Positions 43,248-51,393 of a stretch of DNA of 64,000 bases are shown here, piece by piece. The DNA is from an uncultured Burkholderiaceae bacterium (GTDB lineage: Bacteria; Pseudomonadota; Gammaproteobacteria; Burkholderiales; Burkholderiaceae). The translations under genes were made by a program, and so were the position numbers. Every line of letters starts with the position of its first letter. Position 1 is the stretch's first letter. Under the pieces are notes generated by a model, which worked only from the letters and a program-made list of their open reading frames with translations, had not been told where the DNA came from and searched no databases. The stretch is taken from contig CAXYYC010000010.1 of NCBI GenBank assembly GCA_964293815.1, positions 203 through 64,202 of the forward strand. Direction: 5' to 3'.

Positions 43248-44021
43248 TTATTTCAATAAAAAACACCGCTCAAAATTCTCCGACGTAATCCGCCCGATTT
43301 CCGCCAAACTGGTTTGCCGCATATCCGCAATCGCCTGCGCCACATGGCGCACATACGCCGGTTGGTTCTGCTGACCACGATGTGGAACCGGCGCCAAATA
43401 CGGTGAATCGGTCTCAATCAACATTCGATCCAGCGGCACGAACTGCGCCGCTTCATGCACAATTTTAGCGTTTTTAAAACTCACAATACCCGAAAACGAA
43501 ATATAAAAGCCCATGTCCAGCGCCTCACGCGCCATCGCCACATCCTCGGTAAAGCAATGCATCACCCCACCGATTTCACCCGCCTCCTCCTCACGCATAA
43601 TGGCGATGGTGTCCTCCTTCGCATTGCGTGTATGGATAATCAGAGGCTTACGCGCTTGTTTCGCCGCCGCAATGTGCGTGCGAAAACGCTCACGCTGCCA
43701 ATCCAGCGCATTGCCCTCGTTTTTCGTCCAATAGTAATCCAAACCCGTTTCACCTGTGGCAATCACTTTCGGATGCGCCAGCATAGTCAGCAACTCGTCT
43801 AACGTCGGCTGATGCGCATCGGCGTAATCAGGATGCGTACCGACCGAACCATAAATATGCGGATGCGCCTCAATAATCGTGCGAATCCGCTCCCAGTCGG
43901 TAATATCCACGCTGATCGCCAAAGCACGCTCAACCTGATTGGCGCGCATATTCTCCAACAGCTTAGGCAAATCGTTGTACAGGTCTGGAAAATCAATATG
44001 GCAATGGCTGTCTACAAACAC
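43248..44021 (-). CDS. TatD-family metal-dependent hydrolase/DNase
   Basis: (V/M)FVDSHCHIDF at the N-terminus, read from the GTG at 44021. The 43 residues upstream in the ORF-track frame are low-complexity (Asn/Arg-rich) and atypical for the family. Confidence 0.88.
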   Translation of the reverse strand: MFVDSHCHIDFPDLYNDLPKLLENMRANQVERALAISVDITDWERIRTIIEAHPHIYGSVGTHPDYADAHQPTLDELLTMLAHPKVIATGETGLDYYWTKNEGNALDWQRERFRTHIAAAKQARKPLIIHTRNAKEDTIAIMREEEAGEIGGVMHCFTEDVAMAREALDMGFYISFSGIVSFKNAKIVHEAAQFVPLDRMLIETDSPYLAPVPHRGQQNQPAYVRHVAQAIADMRQTSLAEIGRITSENFERCFLLK

Positions 44022-44134
44022 GTTATGGCTCGCTAAAATGAATAATGGGGTGATGGTAAATCTGTGATTTTCGTTGCGTGAATTATTGCGTTGATAATTG
44101 CGTGGATTATACAAGCGATTGTCGCCCATCACAT

Positions 44135-44166
44135 AAAAAAGAACGGTCATCCGAAAATGACCGTTC
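44135..44166 (-). terminator. Rho-independent terminator of ppk2
   Basis: - strand: GAACGGTCAT-TTTCGG-ATGACCGTTC followed by TTTTTTAT. Confidence 0.8.
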
Positions 44167-44194
44167 CATCACACGTCAACGTATTGAATACGTT

Positions 44195-45637
44195 TTAGTC
44201 AAACGTTTGCTCACTGCGTCGCCCGCTGTCCAACACATGTCCCATACCCGGACGGCTCACGATCAAGCTGTCTGGCGGCACAACCACGCTGGTGTCTTTG
44301 TTGGCGTACGGCAGTAGATGCAGTACATGGCGCATCGCATTCAGACGCGCGCGTTTTTTACAATCGGATTTGATCACGGTCCACGGTGCATCAGCGGTGT
44401 CGGTGTGGTAGAACATCGCTTCTTTGGCCACGGTGTATTGATCCCATTTATCCAATGAAGCCAAATCAACCGGCGAGAGCTTCCATTGTTTCAACGGGTG
44501 GTGTTTACGCTGCATAAAGCGACGGCGTTGTTCCACACGGCTAACCGAGAACCAGAATTTAATCAGGATGATGCCACTGCGTACCAAGTTGCGCTCAAAT
44601 TCAGGACACTGGCGCATAAATTCAGAATACTCCGAATCACTACAGAATCCCATCACGCGCTCCACGCCCGCACGGTTGTACCATGAGCGGTCAAACAAGA
44701 CGATTTCACCAGCACTTGGCAGATTTTGGATATAACGTTGGAAATACCATTGTGAGCGTTCACGATCGGTTGGTTTTTCCAAAGCGACCACGCGCGCGCC
44801 ACGCGGATTCAAATGTTCCATCATGCGTTTAATCGTACCACCTTTACCTGCTGCGTCACGCCCCTCAAAAATAATCACAACTCGTTGGCCGGTTTCTTTG
44901 ACCCAGTTTTGCAGTTTTAACAATTCCACTTGCAAACGGTATTTTTGTTCTTCATAGGTTTCGCGTTGCATACGATTTTTGTATGGATACGCGCCTTCGC
45001 GCCATTTTTCGGACAAGATGTCATCTGGATGACCTTGTTCTTTCAAGGCTTCTTTGCGCTCGGCAACCACTTGGCCGCGCAAAATGCGGTACATCATGGC
45101 TTTATCATCGGGCGACCATGTATCGACAATGCTTTTCACCGCATTGTGTGCAACGGCGTTTTTGTTTTTAGCCGTGCTGTTCGCAACGGCGTGTTTCACC
45201 ATATCACTCACACCTTGCATTTGGCTGTGTGCACGATTTTGTTGACGCTCATTCAACTCAAGTTTCACTTGCGCCGGTAATGGTTTTTGTGCGGCTGGTT
45301 TGCGTGCCGTTCGTGTTGCCGCTGCTTTTACCGCAGGTTTTGCTGTAGGTGCTTTTGCCGCTACCGCACGAGTTGCCGTACGCGATGCGGTGCTGGATGT
45401 CGCACTGGATGTTGCACGAGTCGCCGGTTTTTTCGCCGCAGTGCTACGGGTGCTGACTGCTTTTTTCGGTGCAGTTTTTGCCGGTGTTTTTACTGTAGCG
45501 GTGGTTGCCGCTTTTGCAGCAGTCGCAGTAGTAACAGCGCGCGCTACGCGACGAACTGGCTTGGGCAAAACCGCTGCATTGGCATTGGCCTCTGTTGGCG
45601 TTGCTGCTGTATCGGATTTATTGCTTTGAGTTGCCAT
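44195..45637 (-). CDS. ppk2: Polyphosphate kinase 2 with a roughly 170-aa Ala/Lys/Thr/Pro-rich N-terminal extension
   Basis: PPK2 core (VIIFEGRDAAGKGGTIKR, FDRSWYNRAGVERV, Walker-A-like lid). AGGAGA lies 5 nt upstream of the ATG at 45637, which supports translation of the low-complexity tail. Confidence 0.88.
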   Translation of the reverse strand: MATQSNKSDTAATPTEANANAAVLPKPVRRVARAVTTATAAKAATTATVKTPAKTAPKKAVSTRSTAAKKPATRATSSATSSTASRTATRAVAAKAPTAKPAVKAAATRTARKPAAQKPLPAQVKLELNERQQNRAHSQMQGVSDMVKHAVANSTAKNKNAVAHNAVKSIVDTWSPDDKAMMYRILRGQVVAERKEALKEQGHPDDILSEKWREGAYPYKNRMQRETYEEQKYRLQVELLKLQNWVKETGQRVVIIFEGRDAAGKGGTIKRMMEHLNPRGARVVALEKPTDRERSQWYFQRYIQNLPSAGEIVLFDRSWYNRAGVERVMGFCSDSEYSEFMRQCPEFERNLVRSGIILIKFWFSVSRVEQRRRFMQRKHHPLKQWKLSPVDLASLDKWDQYTVAKEAMFYHTDTADAPWTVIKSDCKKRARLNAMRHVLHLLPYANKDTSVVVPPDSLIVSRPGMGHVLDSGRRSEQTFD

Positions 45638-45761
45638 CTATTTCTCCTAACAAACTATGAAAATTGAACCACATACTGCAAATCATTATACGCCTAAGAA
45701 CTGGGTGTACGCAAAAAACATTGTGCAAAGTGTGTATTGTTTTTCTGATGAATCAGACACA

Positions 45762-45795
45762 TTGTATCAATATTGTTTCGTCACTATTGATACAA
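45762..45795. promoter_or_regulatory. 11-bp perfect inverted repeat TTGTATCAATA-N12-TATTGATACAA upstream of ppk2
   Basis: Read directly. It lies about 125 nt upstream of the ppk2 ATG and about 87 nt downstream of the uvrD stop. No U-tract follows, so an operator reading is at least as likely as a terminator. Confidence 0.4.
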
Positions 45796-45881
45796 AACGG
45801 ATGTAAAAATAGTAAGTAAAAATTCATTGATTTGACATCGCTATCATCAGTCACCTTAATGTACCAAACAAACCGACGCGA

Positions 45882-48095
45882 CTATTTGGTTTCCAGTTTG
45901 GCAATATTCAATGCGAGACATTTGATGCCTACACCTGTGCCAAAATTAATGTACGCGCGTGAATCTTCACCGCTGCCTTCGAGTTTGACGATCACGCCGT
46001 CACCGAATTTTGCATGGCGCACCGACTGCCCCATGCGATAACCGAGCGTGGTGTTTTCCTTCGCTTTGTACGAGCCGAACGATGGCGCGCTGTTCTCGCG
46101 TTCAATCGCGGTTTGTTCCCATGCGCTGTATTGCGACACGCGCGGCGTGAGCCATTTCAAATGCTCTTCGGGCAGTTCATCCAGAAAGCGCGACTGGATG
46201 CCATAGCGTGTTTTGCCGTGCAGCATTCGATTGCGCGCCAAGCTCATATACAATTTGTTGCGCGCGCGCGTGATCGCAACGTACATCAAACGACGCTCTT
46301 CTTCCACACCATCGCTGTCACTCAAACTGTTTTCATGCGGAAATAAACCTTCCTCCAATCCGAGGATGAACACACTGTGAAACTCCAAACCTTTGGCGGC
46401 GTGTACGGTCATCAATTGCACTGCATCTTGACCCGCTTGCGCTTGATTGTCGCCCGCTTCCAAAGCAGCATGACTGAGGAATCCGGCCAACGGCGTGAGA
46501 ATGCTCGCGTCCTCATTCGCACTGCTTGCCGTAACGTCGGTGGCATAGCCTTCAATCTGTGTGAATGCCGCCGCCGCTGTGACCAACTCATTCAAGTTAT
46601 CGACACGATCCGCGCCCTCTTTGTCCGCTTTGTAATGCGCAATCAAACCGCTGTGTACGATGACGTGATCGACCAATTCAGGTAAGGACAAATGCTGCGT
46701 ATCAAAACGCATTCCGTCAATCATACGATTGAACGCACCCAGCTTCGCACCCGCCGTTCCACTCATCGATGACACCGCCGAGAACAGTGAACATTGATGC
46801 GCGCGCGCCAAATCCTGTAGCTGCTCCAAGGTGCGCGAGCCAATGCCACGCGCCGGAAAATTCACCACGCGCGAGAACGAGGTATCGTCGTGCGGGTTAT
46901 CAATCAGGCGCAAATACGCCAATGCGTGTTTGATTTCCGCGCGCTCAAAAAAGCGCAAACCGCCATACACCCGATATGGAATGCCCGCATTAAACAGCGC
47001 ATGTTCGATCAAACGCGATTGCGCATTCGCCCGATACAGCACGGCAATCTCACTGCGCGTCACGCCGTTCGCAATCTGTGCCAAAATTTCATCCACCACA
47101 AATGCCGACTCGGTAAAGTCCGATTCCGCCTCATACACGCGCACCGCTTCGCCATGCCCGCGATCGGTCCACAACTCCTTGCCCAAGCGATTGCTGTTAC
47201 CACGAATCAATGCATTCGCCGCGCCCAAAATGTGTCCGTATGAACGATAATTCTGCTCCAGTTTAATCACATTACCCTGTGCAAACTCCTGCTCAAACAA
47301 ACGCATATTTTCCACGCGCGCGCCACGAAACGCATAGATCGACTGATCGTCGTCGCCCACCGCCATCACCGCAGTGTTTTTGCCAGTCAATAGTTTAAGC
47401 CATGCGTATTGCAAAGCATTGGTGTCCTGAAATTCATCAACTAAAATATGCGAAAAACGATTTTGATAATGCGTGCGTAGGGCTTCGTTATTACTCAACA
47501 CCTCATACGAACGCAACAATAATTCAGGAAAATCCACCACACCTTCACGCTGACATTGCGCTTCGTAGGCCGCGAAAATCTCCTGCATCCGCCGCTGAAA
47601 CGGATCACTCGCTTCGATGTCATGCGCGCGTAGACCCTCCTCTTTCGAGCCGTTGATGAAATATTGCACCTGCTTGGGTGGATAACGCTCGGTATCAATA
47701 TTCATGCTTTTCAGCAAGCGTTTAAGCGCCGAGAGTTGATCCTGCGTATCCAAAATTTGAAAAGTAGAGGGCAAATTCGCATCGCGATAATGCGCGCGCA
47801 AAAAGCGATTGCACAGCCCGTGAAACGTCCCAACCCACATATGCCGCGTATTGATCGGAATCAAAGACGACAACCGCGTGGTCATCTCCTTGGCGGCCTT
47901 GTTCGTGAACGTCACTGCCAAAATCGACGCGGGTGAAGTCTGCCCCGTTTGGATCAGCCAACCCATGCGCGTGGTCAAGACGCGCGTTTTACCCGAGCCT
48001 GCACCCGCGAGGATCAGGATGGATTGATGCGGCAGCGTCACCGCTTCGAGCTGGGTGGGATTGAGCGAGGAGAGATTTTGGTCAAATACGGTCAT
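45882..48095 (-). CDS. uvrD: ATP-dependent DNA helicase II (UvrD/Rep/PcrA family)
   Basis: LILAGAGSGKTRVLT (Walker A), VDEFQDTN, VHAAKGLEF and MYVAITRAR. The first ATG is at 48095; the ORF-track start at 48104 is TTG. Confidence 0.93.
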   Translation of the reverse strand: MTVFDQNLSSLNPTQLEAVTLPHQSILILAGAGSGKTRVLTTRMGWLIQTGQTSPASILAVTFTNKAAKEMTTRLSSLIPINTRHMWVGTFHGLCNRFLRAHYRDANLPSTFQILDTQDQLSALKRLLKSMNIDTERYPPKQVQYFINGSKEEGLRAHDIEASDPFQRRMQEIFAAYEAQCQREGVVDFPELLLRSYEVLSNNEALRTHYQNRFSHILVDEFQDTNALQYAWLKLLTGKNTAVMAVGDDDQSIYAFRGARVENMRLFEQEFAQGNVIKLEQNYRSYGHILGAANALIRGNSNRLGKELWTDRGHGEAVRVYEAESDFTESAFVVDEILAQIANGVTRSEIAVLYRANAQSRLIEHALFNAGIPYRVYGGLRFFERAEIKHALAYLRLIDNPHDDTSFSRVVNFPARGIGSRTLEQLQDLARAHQCSLFSAVSSMSGTAGAKLGAFNRMIDGMRFDTQHLSLPELVDHVIVHSGLIAHYKADKEGADRVDNLNELVTAAAAFTQIEGYATDVTASSANEDASILTPLAGFLSHAALEAGDNQAQAGQDAVQLMTVHAAKGLEFHSVFILGLEEGLFPHENSLSDSDGVEEERRLMYVAITRARNKLYMSLARNRMLHGKTRYGIQSRFLDELPEEHLKWLTPRVSQYSAWEQTAIERENSAPSFGSYKAKENTTLGYRMGQSVRHAKFGDGVIVKLEGSGEDSRAYINFGTGVGIKCLALNIAKLETK

Positions 48096-48446
48096 GGTGT
48101 GCAACTTTGCTGAAATTCATTAAGCGTGCATTCTACCGTATCCACCATTTCAACGCGGTATTTCAATTCACGCTCTCTCCTAAAAGCCGATGGCCGAGGG
48201 AGGAGATAGCACAGTAAAAGCCGGTTGACTTCTCACTGTCAACAGCATCAAAGCACCCAAATGTAGGGAGTTGCAAATTGATCTGAGTCAGCATTGCTTA
48301 GGCAAAATACCTCTGCAAACCTTTTTATACAACCAACAATATCACCATCCAGAAATCATTGGATTTGGAGTGTCAGACAGCATTTATCAGACTAAGTACT
48401 GATCGTTCTATTGAATATGGCGCTAATTGAATCTAAACCTGCTAAC

Positions 48447-48851
48447 CTATTTTATGATGGACGCATCATCCGCTTCAGGCTCAAACCGCAAACTCACCCC
48501 ATTAATGCAATAACGCAAACCCGTCGTCTGCGGCGGCCCATCAGGAAACACATGCCCGAGATGTGCACCGCACTGGCTGCATACCACCTCGGTGCGAATC
48601 ATCCCATGCGAAGTATCGCGGTGCTCTGCCACCACCTCATTCACCACCGGTGCATCAAAGCTCGGCCAACCACAACCCGCATTAAACTGATGCTCAGATT
48701 CAAACAATTTCGCATCACACACCACGCAATGATACGCACCATCGTGCCAACTCTCGGCGAACTCGCTCGTGAACGGTCGCTCCGTCCCCTTCTCCTGCGT
48801 CACCTGATACGCCAGTGGTGAAAGTTTTTGGCGTAACTTTTCAACAGTCAT
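48447..48851 (-). CDS. msrB: Peptide-methionine (R)-S-oxide reductase
   Basis: Two CxxC pairs ([21 protein letters not shown]) and RYCINGVSL. The ATG at 48851 has GGAGGGGAAGGA upstream. Confidence 0.9.
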   Translation of the reverse strand: MTVEKLRQKLSPLAYQVTQEKGTERPFTSEFAESWHDGAYHCVVCDAKLFESEHQFNAGCGWPSFDAPVVNEVVAEHRDTSHGMIRTEVVCSQCGAHLGHVFPDGPPQTTGLRYCINGVSLRFEPEADDASIIK

Positions 48852-48958
48852 TTTTCCTTCCCCTCCAATCAATATAGCTCTGGTTTTATCAATCACCACA
48901 GTACTCATAACGGTTAAAATGCCGTCAACACCCTTTGAATATCACGTCAGGTATCCAC

Positions 48959-49813
48959 ATGTCTCATTCATTGTCCAAATACTACACCCAAATCAAACAA
49001 CGATTCACTGATCTGAAATCCAATACAACTCACGTCAATATAGATTTATATGCAACGTCACTGACTTATTACAGCCTTTTGTGTTTTGTACCTATACTGA
49101 CTTTAATTCTCAGTATTTTACAGTCTCTAAGTGTGGACAACGCCTTACACAGTATGATTAAAGAGTTTTTATTACCGATGGCAAACTCAGGTAAGGAAAT
49201 CGGCGGTTATCTATTTGACTTTATTGGCAAAACTCAAAGCAGTTTTCTACACAATAGCGGTGTGGCTCTGTTTTGTTTAACTGCACTATTGTTACTAAAA
49301 CAAGTAGAACAAGCGATTAACAGCATTTGGCAAGCCCAGCGCACTCGCTCAATATGGATGCAATTAATTCAATACAGTTTAATATTAATATTCGCCACCA
49401 TCATTTTTGCGCTCGCATCATTTTTAAAGGACTTCAAGCATTCATTATTTGTACATACCCTCGCAGGCGGTTCGAAGCTCGCCTTGTATGCACTCATTAC
49501 CGTAGTGGAAATCACCCGTTTCTGCATTTACGTCATCATCGTCGGATGGATTTATCAATGGACACCCGCCACCCGAGTACACAAAAAAGCCGCATTGGTT
49601 GGCGCGGCGACCTGCATTATTGTTCTCATTCCCGTCAGCCACCTATTTACACAACTAATCGCTTTAAATAACACCTATTCAGCACTATTTAATCAATTAG
49701 CCGCATTAATCATCGTGCTGCTATGGCTCAATTATCTATGGAAAGTGTTTTTATTTGGTTCTCTGGTTAGCTACCTAATCCAACAGCGACTGGACAAAAA
49801 ACCAACATCTTGA
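48959..49813 (+). CDS. YihY/BrkB-family inner-membrane protein
   Basis: Polytopic protein with an N-terminal YATSLTYYSLLCFVPILTL pattern typical of YihY. Sampled lines are noticeably AT-rich (about 33-35 percent GC by hand count). Confidence 0.8.
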   Translation: MSHSLSKYYTQIKQRFTDLKSNTTHVNIDLYATSLTYYSLLCFVPILTLILSILQSLSVDNALHSMIKEFLLPMANSGKEIGGYLFDFIGKTQSSFLHNSGVALFCLTALLLLKQVEQAINSIWQAQRTRSIWMQLIQYSLILIFATIIFALASFLKDFKHSLFVHTLAGGSKLALYALITVVEITRFCIYVIIVGWIYQWTPATRVHKKAALVGAATCIIVLIPVSHLFTQLIALNNTYSALFNQLAALIIVLLWLNYLWKVFLFGSLVSYLIQQRLDKKPTS

Positions 49814-49824
49814 TCGAAACATAA

Positions 49825-50463
49825 CTACGGCGCCAGACGGTCACGCAGCCACACACCATTTTCAAAACGATAGCGCAAACGGTCATGCAAGCGGCTCTTG
49901 CGCCCCTGCCAAAACTCCCAACGCTCAGGGATCAAACGATAACCGCCCCAATGCGGCGGACGTGGCGGATTGAGCATAAACTTCGCCCCATATTTCGCCG
50001 CCTCAGCGACCAACCACGCACGCCCCGAAATCGGCTGGCTTTGCGGACTGGCCCACGCGCCGATGCGACTATCCAACGGACGACTGTTGAAATACGCATC
50101 GCTTTCCTCATCCGATACTTTCTCCACTCGCCCCTCTATGCGCACCACGCGTTCCAACTCCACCCAGTGAAATTGCAAGGCCGCGAACGGATGCTCCGCC
50201 AGCTCCTGTCCTTTGCGACTCAGATAATTCGTGTACCACACAATCCCGCGCGCATCAAAATCCTTAATCAACACAATCCGCGTGCTCGGGCGACCATCCG
50301 CACCCACCGTCGCCAGCGTCATCGCGTTCGGCTCCAGCACCTCACTGTGCAACGCCTCATTAAACCACTGCTCAAACTGCGCAATCGGATCCGCGTGCGA
50401 CGCCTCCTCCGACAACTCAGCGCGCTCATAACTTTTACGGATTTGGGAGATATCTTTACTCAT
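49825..50463 (-). CDS. pdxH: Pyridoxamine 5'-phosphate oxidase
   Basis: [12 protein letters not shown]..., [24 protein letters not shown] and a C-terminal [27 protein letters not shown]...RLAP. The ATG at 50463 overlaps the upstream VOC gene by 8 nt. Confidence 0.93.
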   Translation of the reverse strand: MSKDISQIRKSYERAELSEEASHADPIAQFEQWFNEALHSEVLEPNAMTLATVGADGRPSTRIVLIKDFDARGIVWYTNYLSRKGQELAEHPFAALQFHWVELERVVRIEGRVEKVSDEESDAYFNSRPLDSRIGAWASPQSQPISGRAWLVAEAAKYGAKFMLNPPRPPHWGGYRLIPERWEFWQGRKSRLHDRLRYRFENGVWLRDRLAP

Positions 50464-50845
50464 GACAGACCACACATAATTTATTGCCATCCGGATCGCG
50501 AAAATACGCGCCGTAATAATGCACATGATACTCAGGACGCAAAGCGGGCGCACCTTCGCAAGTCCCACCCAAGTGCAATGCCAAGACATACACCTCATCT
50601 ACCATCACTCGCGTGTTCACCATGAATGCAACCATTTGCCCATTACCCACCGCGTGTGCTTGCTGATTATGCGGTGAACCGATTAAAAACAAAGGCCGCG
50701 CCTGCGCCACACTCGTTTGCCAACCCGCCCACGGACGTGAATATTCGCAAAAGCGCTGCGGATGCCCCAAACATTCCATCAAAGGCTGATAAAAATGCAA
50801 AGCCCGCTCAAAGTCAGATACGCCTACGAATACATGTGAAAACAT
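50456..50845 (-). CDS. VOC (glyoxalase/bleomycin-resistance/dioxygenase) family protein
   Basis: 129 aa. [19 protein letters not shown]... and ...[19 protein letters not shown], typical paired beta-alpha-beta-beta-beta modules. Confidence 0.8.
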   Translation of the reverse strand: MFSHVFVGVSDFERALHFYQPLMECLGHPQRFCEYSRPWAGWQTSVAQARPLFLIGSPHNQQAHAVGNGQMVAFMVNTRVMVDEVYVLALHLGGTCEGAPALRPEYHVHYYGAYFRDPDGNKLCVVCHE

Positions 50846-50893
50846 AATTCAACTTTCTATGTTGGATACAAGTATCCATAAACTGTAAGAAAT

Positions 50894-51076
50894 CGGAGCG
50901 TTGTTTACACTTTTTCTATGGAAGTTGCTTGAATTTGTCGCTTAAAGGATTTTCCATCAATTTTTGGGATTGTCAAGGACTATGCGGCTTTGCCGTGAGT
51001 TTCTCATCCTTGACAACCCAAAAAATCGATGGTTTGGTCTGTAAGCGAAAAATTCAAAAGTGTAAATAACGCTCGG
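50894..51076. repeat. 183-bp imperfect palindrome (palindrome A)
   Basis: Aligned by hand. The left arm CGGAGCGTTGTTTACACTTTT..GAATTTGTCGCTTAAAG..CCATCAATTTTTGGGATTGTCAAGGA pairs with TCCTTGACAACCCAAAAAATCGATGG..CTGTAAGCGAAAAATTC-AAAAGTGTAAATAACGCTCGG. There is one 16-nt insertion in the left arm and a loop of about 27 nt. Confidence 0.8.
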
Positions 51077-51148
51077 AAAAATTACACATAAACCAAGAAT
51101 TAGCCTTCAATTCATCCACCGCGTTTAATACGAAGCTCGCCCATTCGT

Positions 51149-51266
51149 CGCTGTAACGCAAATGAACGTGCCATTTCATCGGTCGGTTTGCTGTCTGAGC
51201 GTTTGCCTGCAAACGCGAGTTTCAAACCGACCTAATCTTAAGCGTTCATTGCTTTGCGTTACCGCG
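51149..51266. repeat. 118-bp imperfect palindrome (palindrome B)
   Basis: CGCTGTAACGCAAATGAACG..GGTCGGTTTG..GAGCGTTTGC pairs with GCAAACGCGAG..CAAACCGACC..CGTTCATTGCTTTGCGTTACCGCG. Confidence 0.75.
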
Positions 51267-51280
51267 AACTTGATTTTTTT

Positions 51281-51312
51281 GACTACTTTTTTGATCAAGC
51301 AAAAAAGTAGTC
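51281..51312. repeat. Perfect 13-bp-stem hairpin (C)
   Basis: GACTACTTTTTTG-ATCAAG-CAAAAAAGTAGTC. It lies about 80 nt downstream of the nuclease stop. No U-tract follows on the - strand. Confidence 0.75.
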
Positions 51313-51393
51313 GCCTCGCGGCGGAGAGCGAAATACTTAATAAACATTCCTAAACCCGCGATTCGCTACGCTTATGGCGAGTCACACTACGAA

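Noticed and set aside
44022-44150. 43-aa N-terminal extension of the TatD ORF
   Set aside because: It is an Asn/Arg-rich low-complexity sequence. The family-typical N-terminus (M)FVDSHCH begins exactly at the GTG at 44021.
45287-45667. Cys/Arg/Phe-rich + strand ORFs (45287..45667 and 45300..45629)
   Set aside because: They are antisense to the Ala/Lys/Thr-rich tail of ppk2. The GCN-rich low-complexity DNA keeps several frames open by composition alone.
48105-48446. 340-bp ORF-free spacer between msrB and uvrD as an sRNA locus
   Set aside because: It has only weak hairpins (GTTGAC-N7-GTCAAC) and no promoter/terminator pair that I could define. There is too little evidence to call.
51149-51266. 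Palindrome B as an integron attC site
   Set aside because: The length is in the attC range, but the outer arms do not fit the RYYYAAC / GTTRRRY core sites. No intI, attI or cassette array is present.
50894-51312. Palindromes as a retron msr/msd locus
   Set aside because: No reverse transcriptase gene lies in or next to the tract. The only adjacent ORF is the nuclease.
51162-51353. 63-aa + strand ORF inside the palindrome tract
   Set aside because: It is read through palindrome B and hairpin C, has no RBS, and its Cys/Leu-rich sequence mirrors the repeat symmetry.
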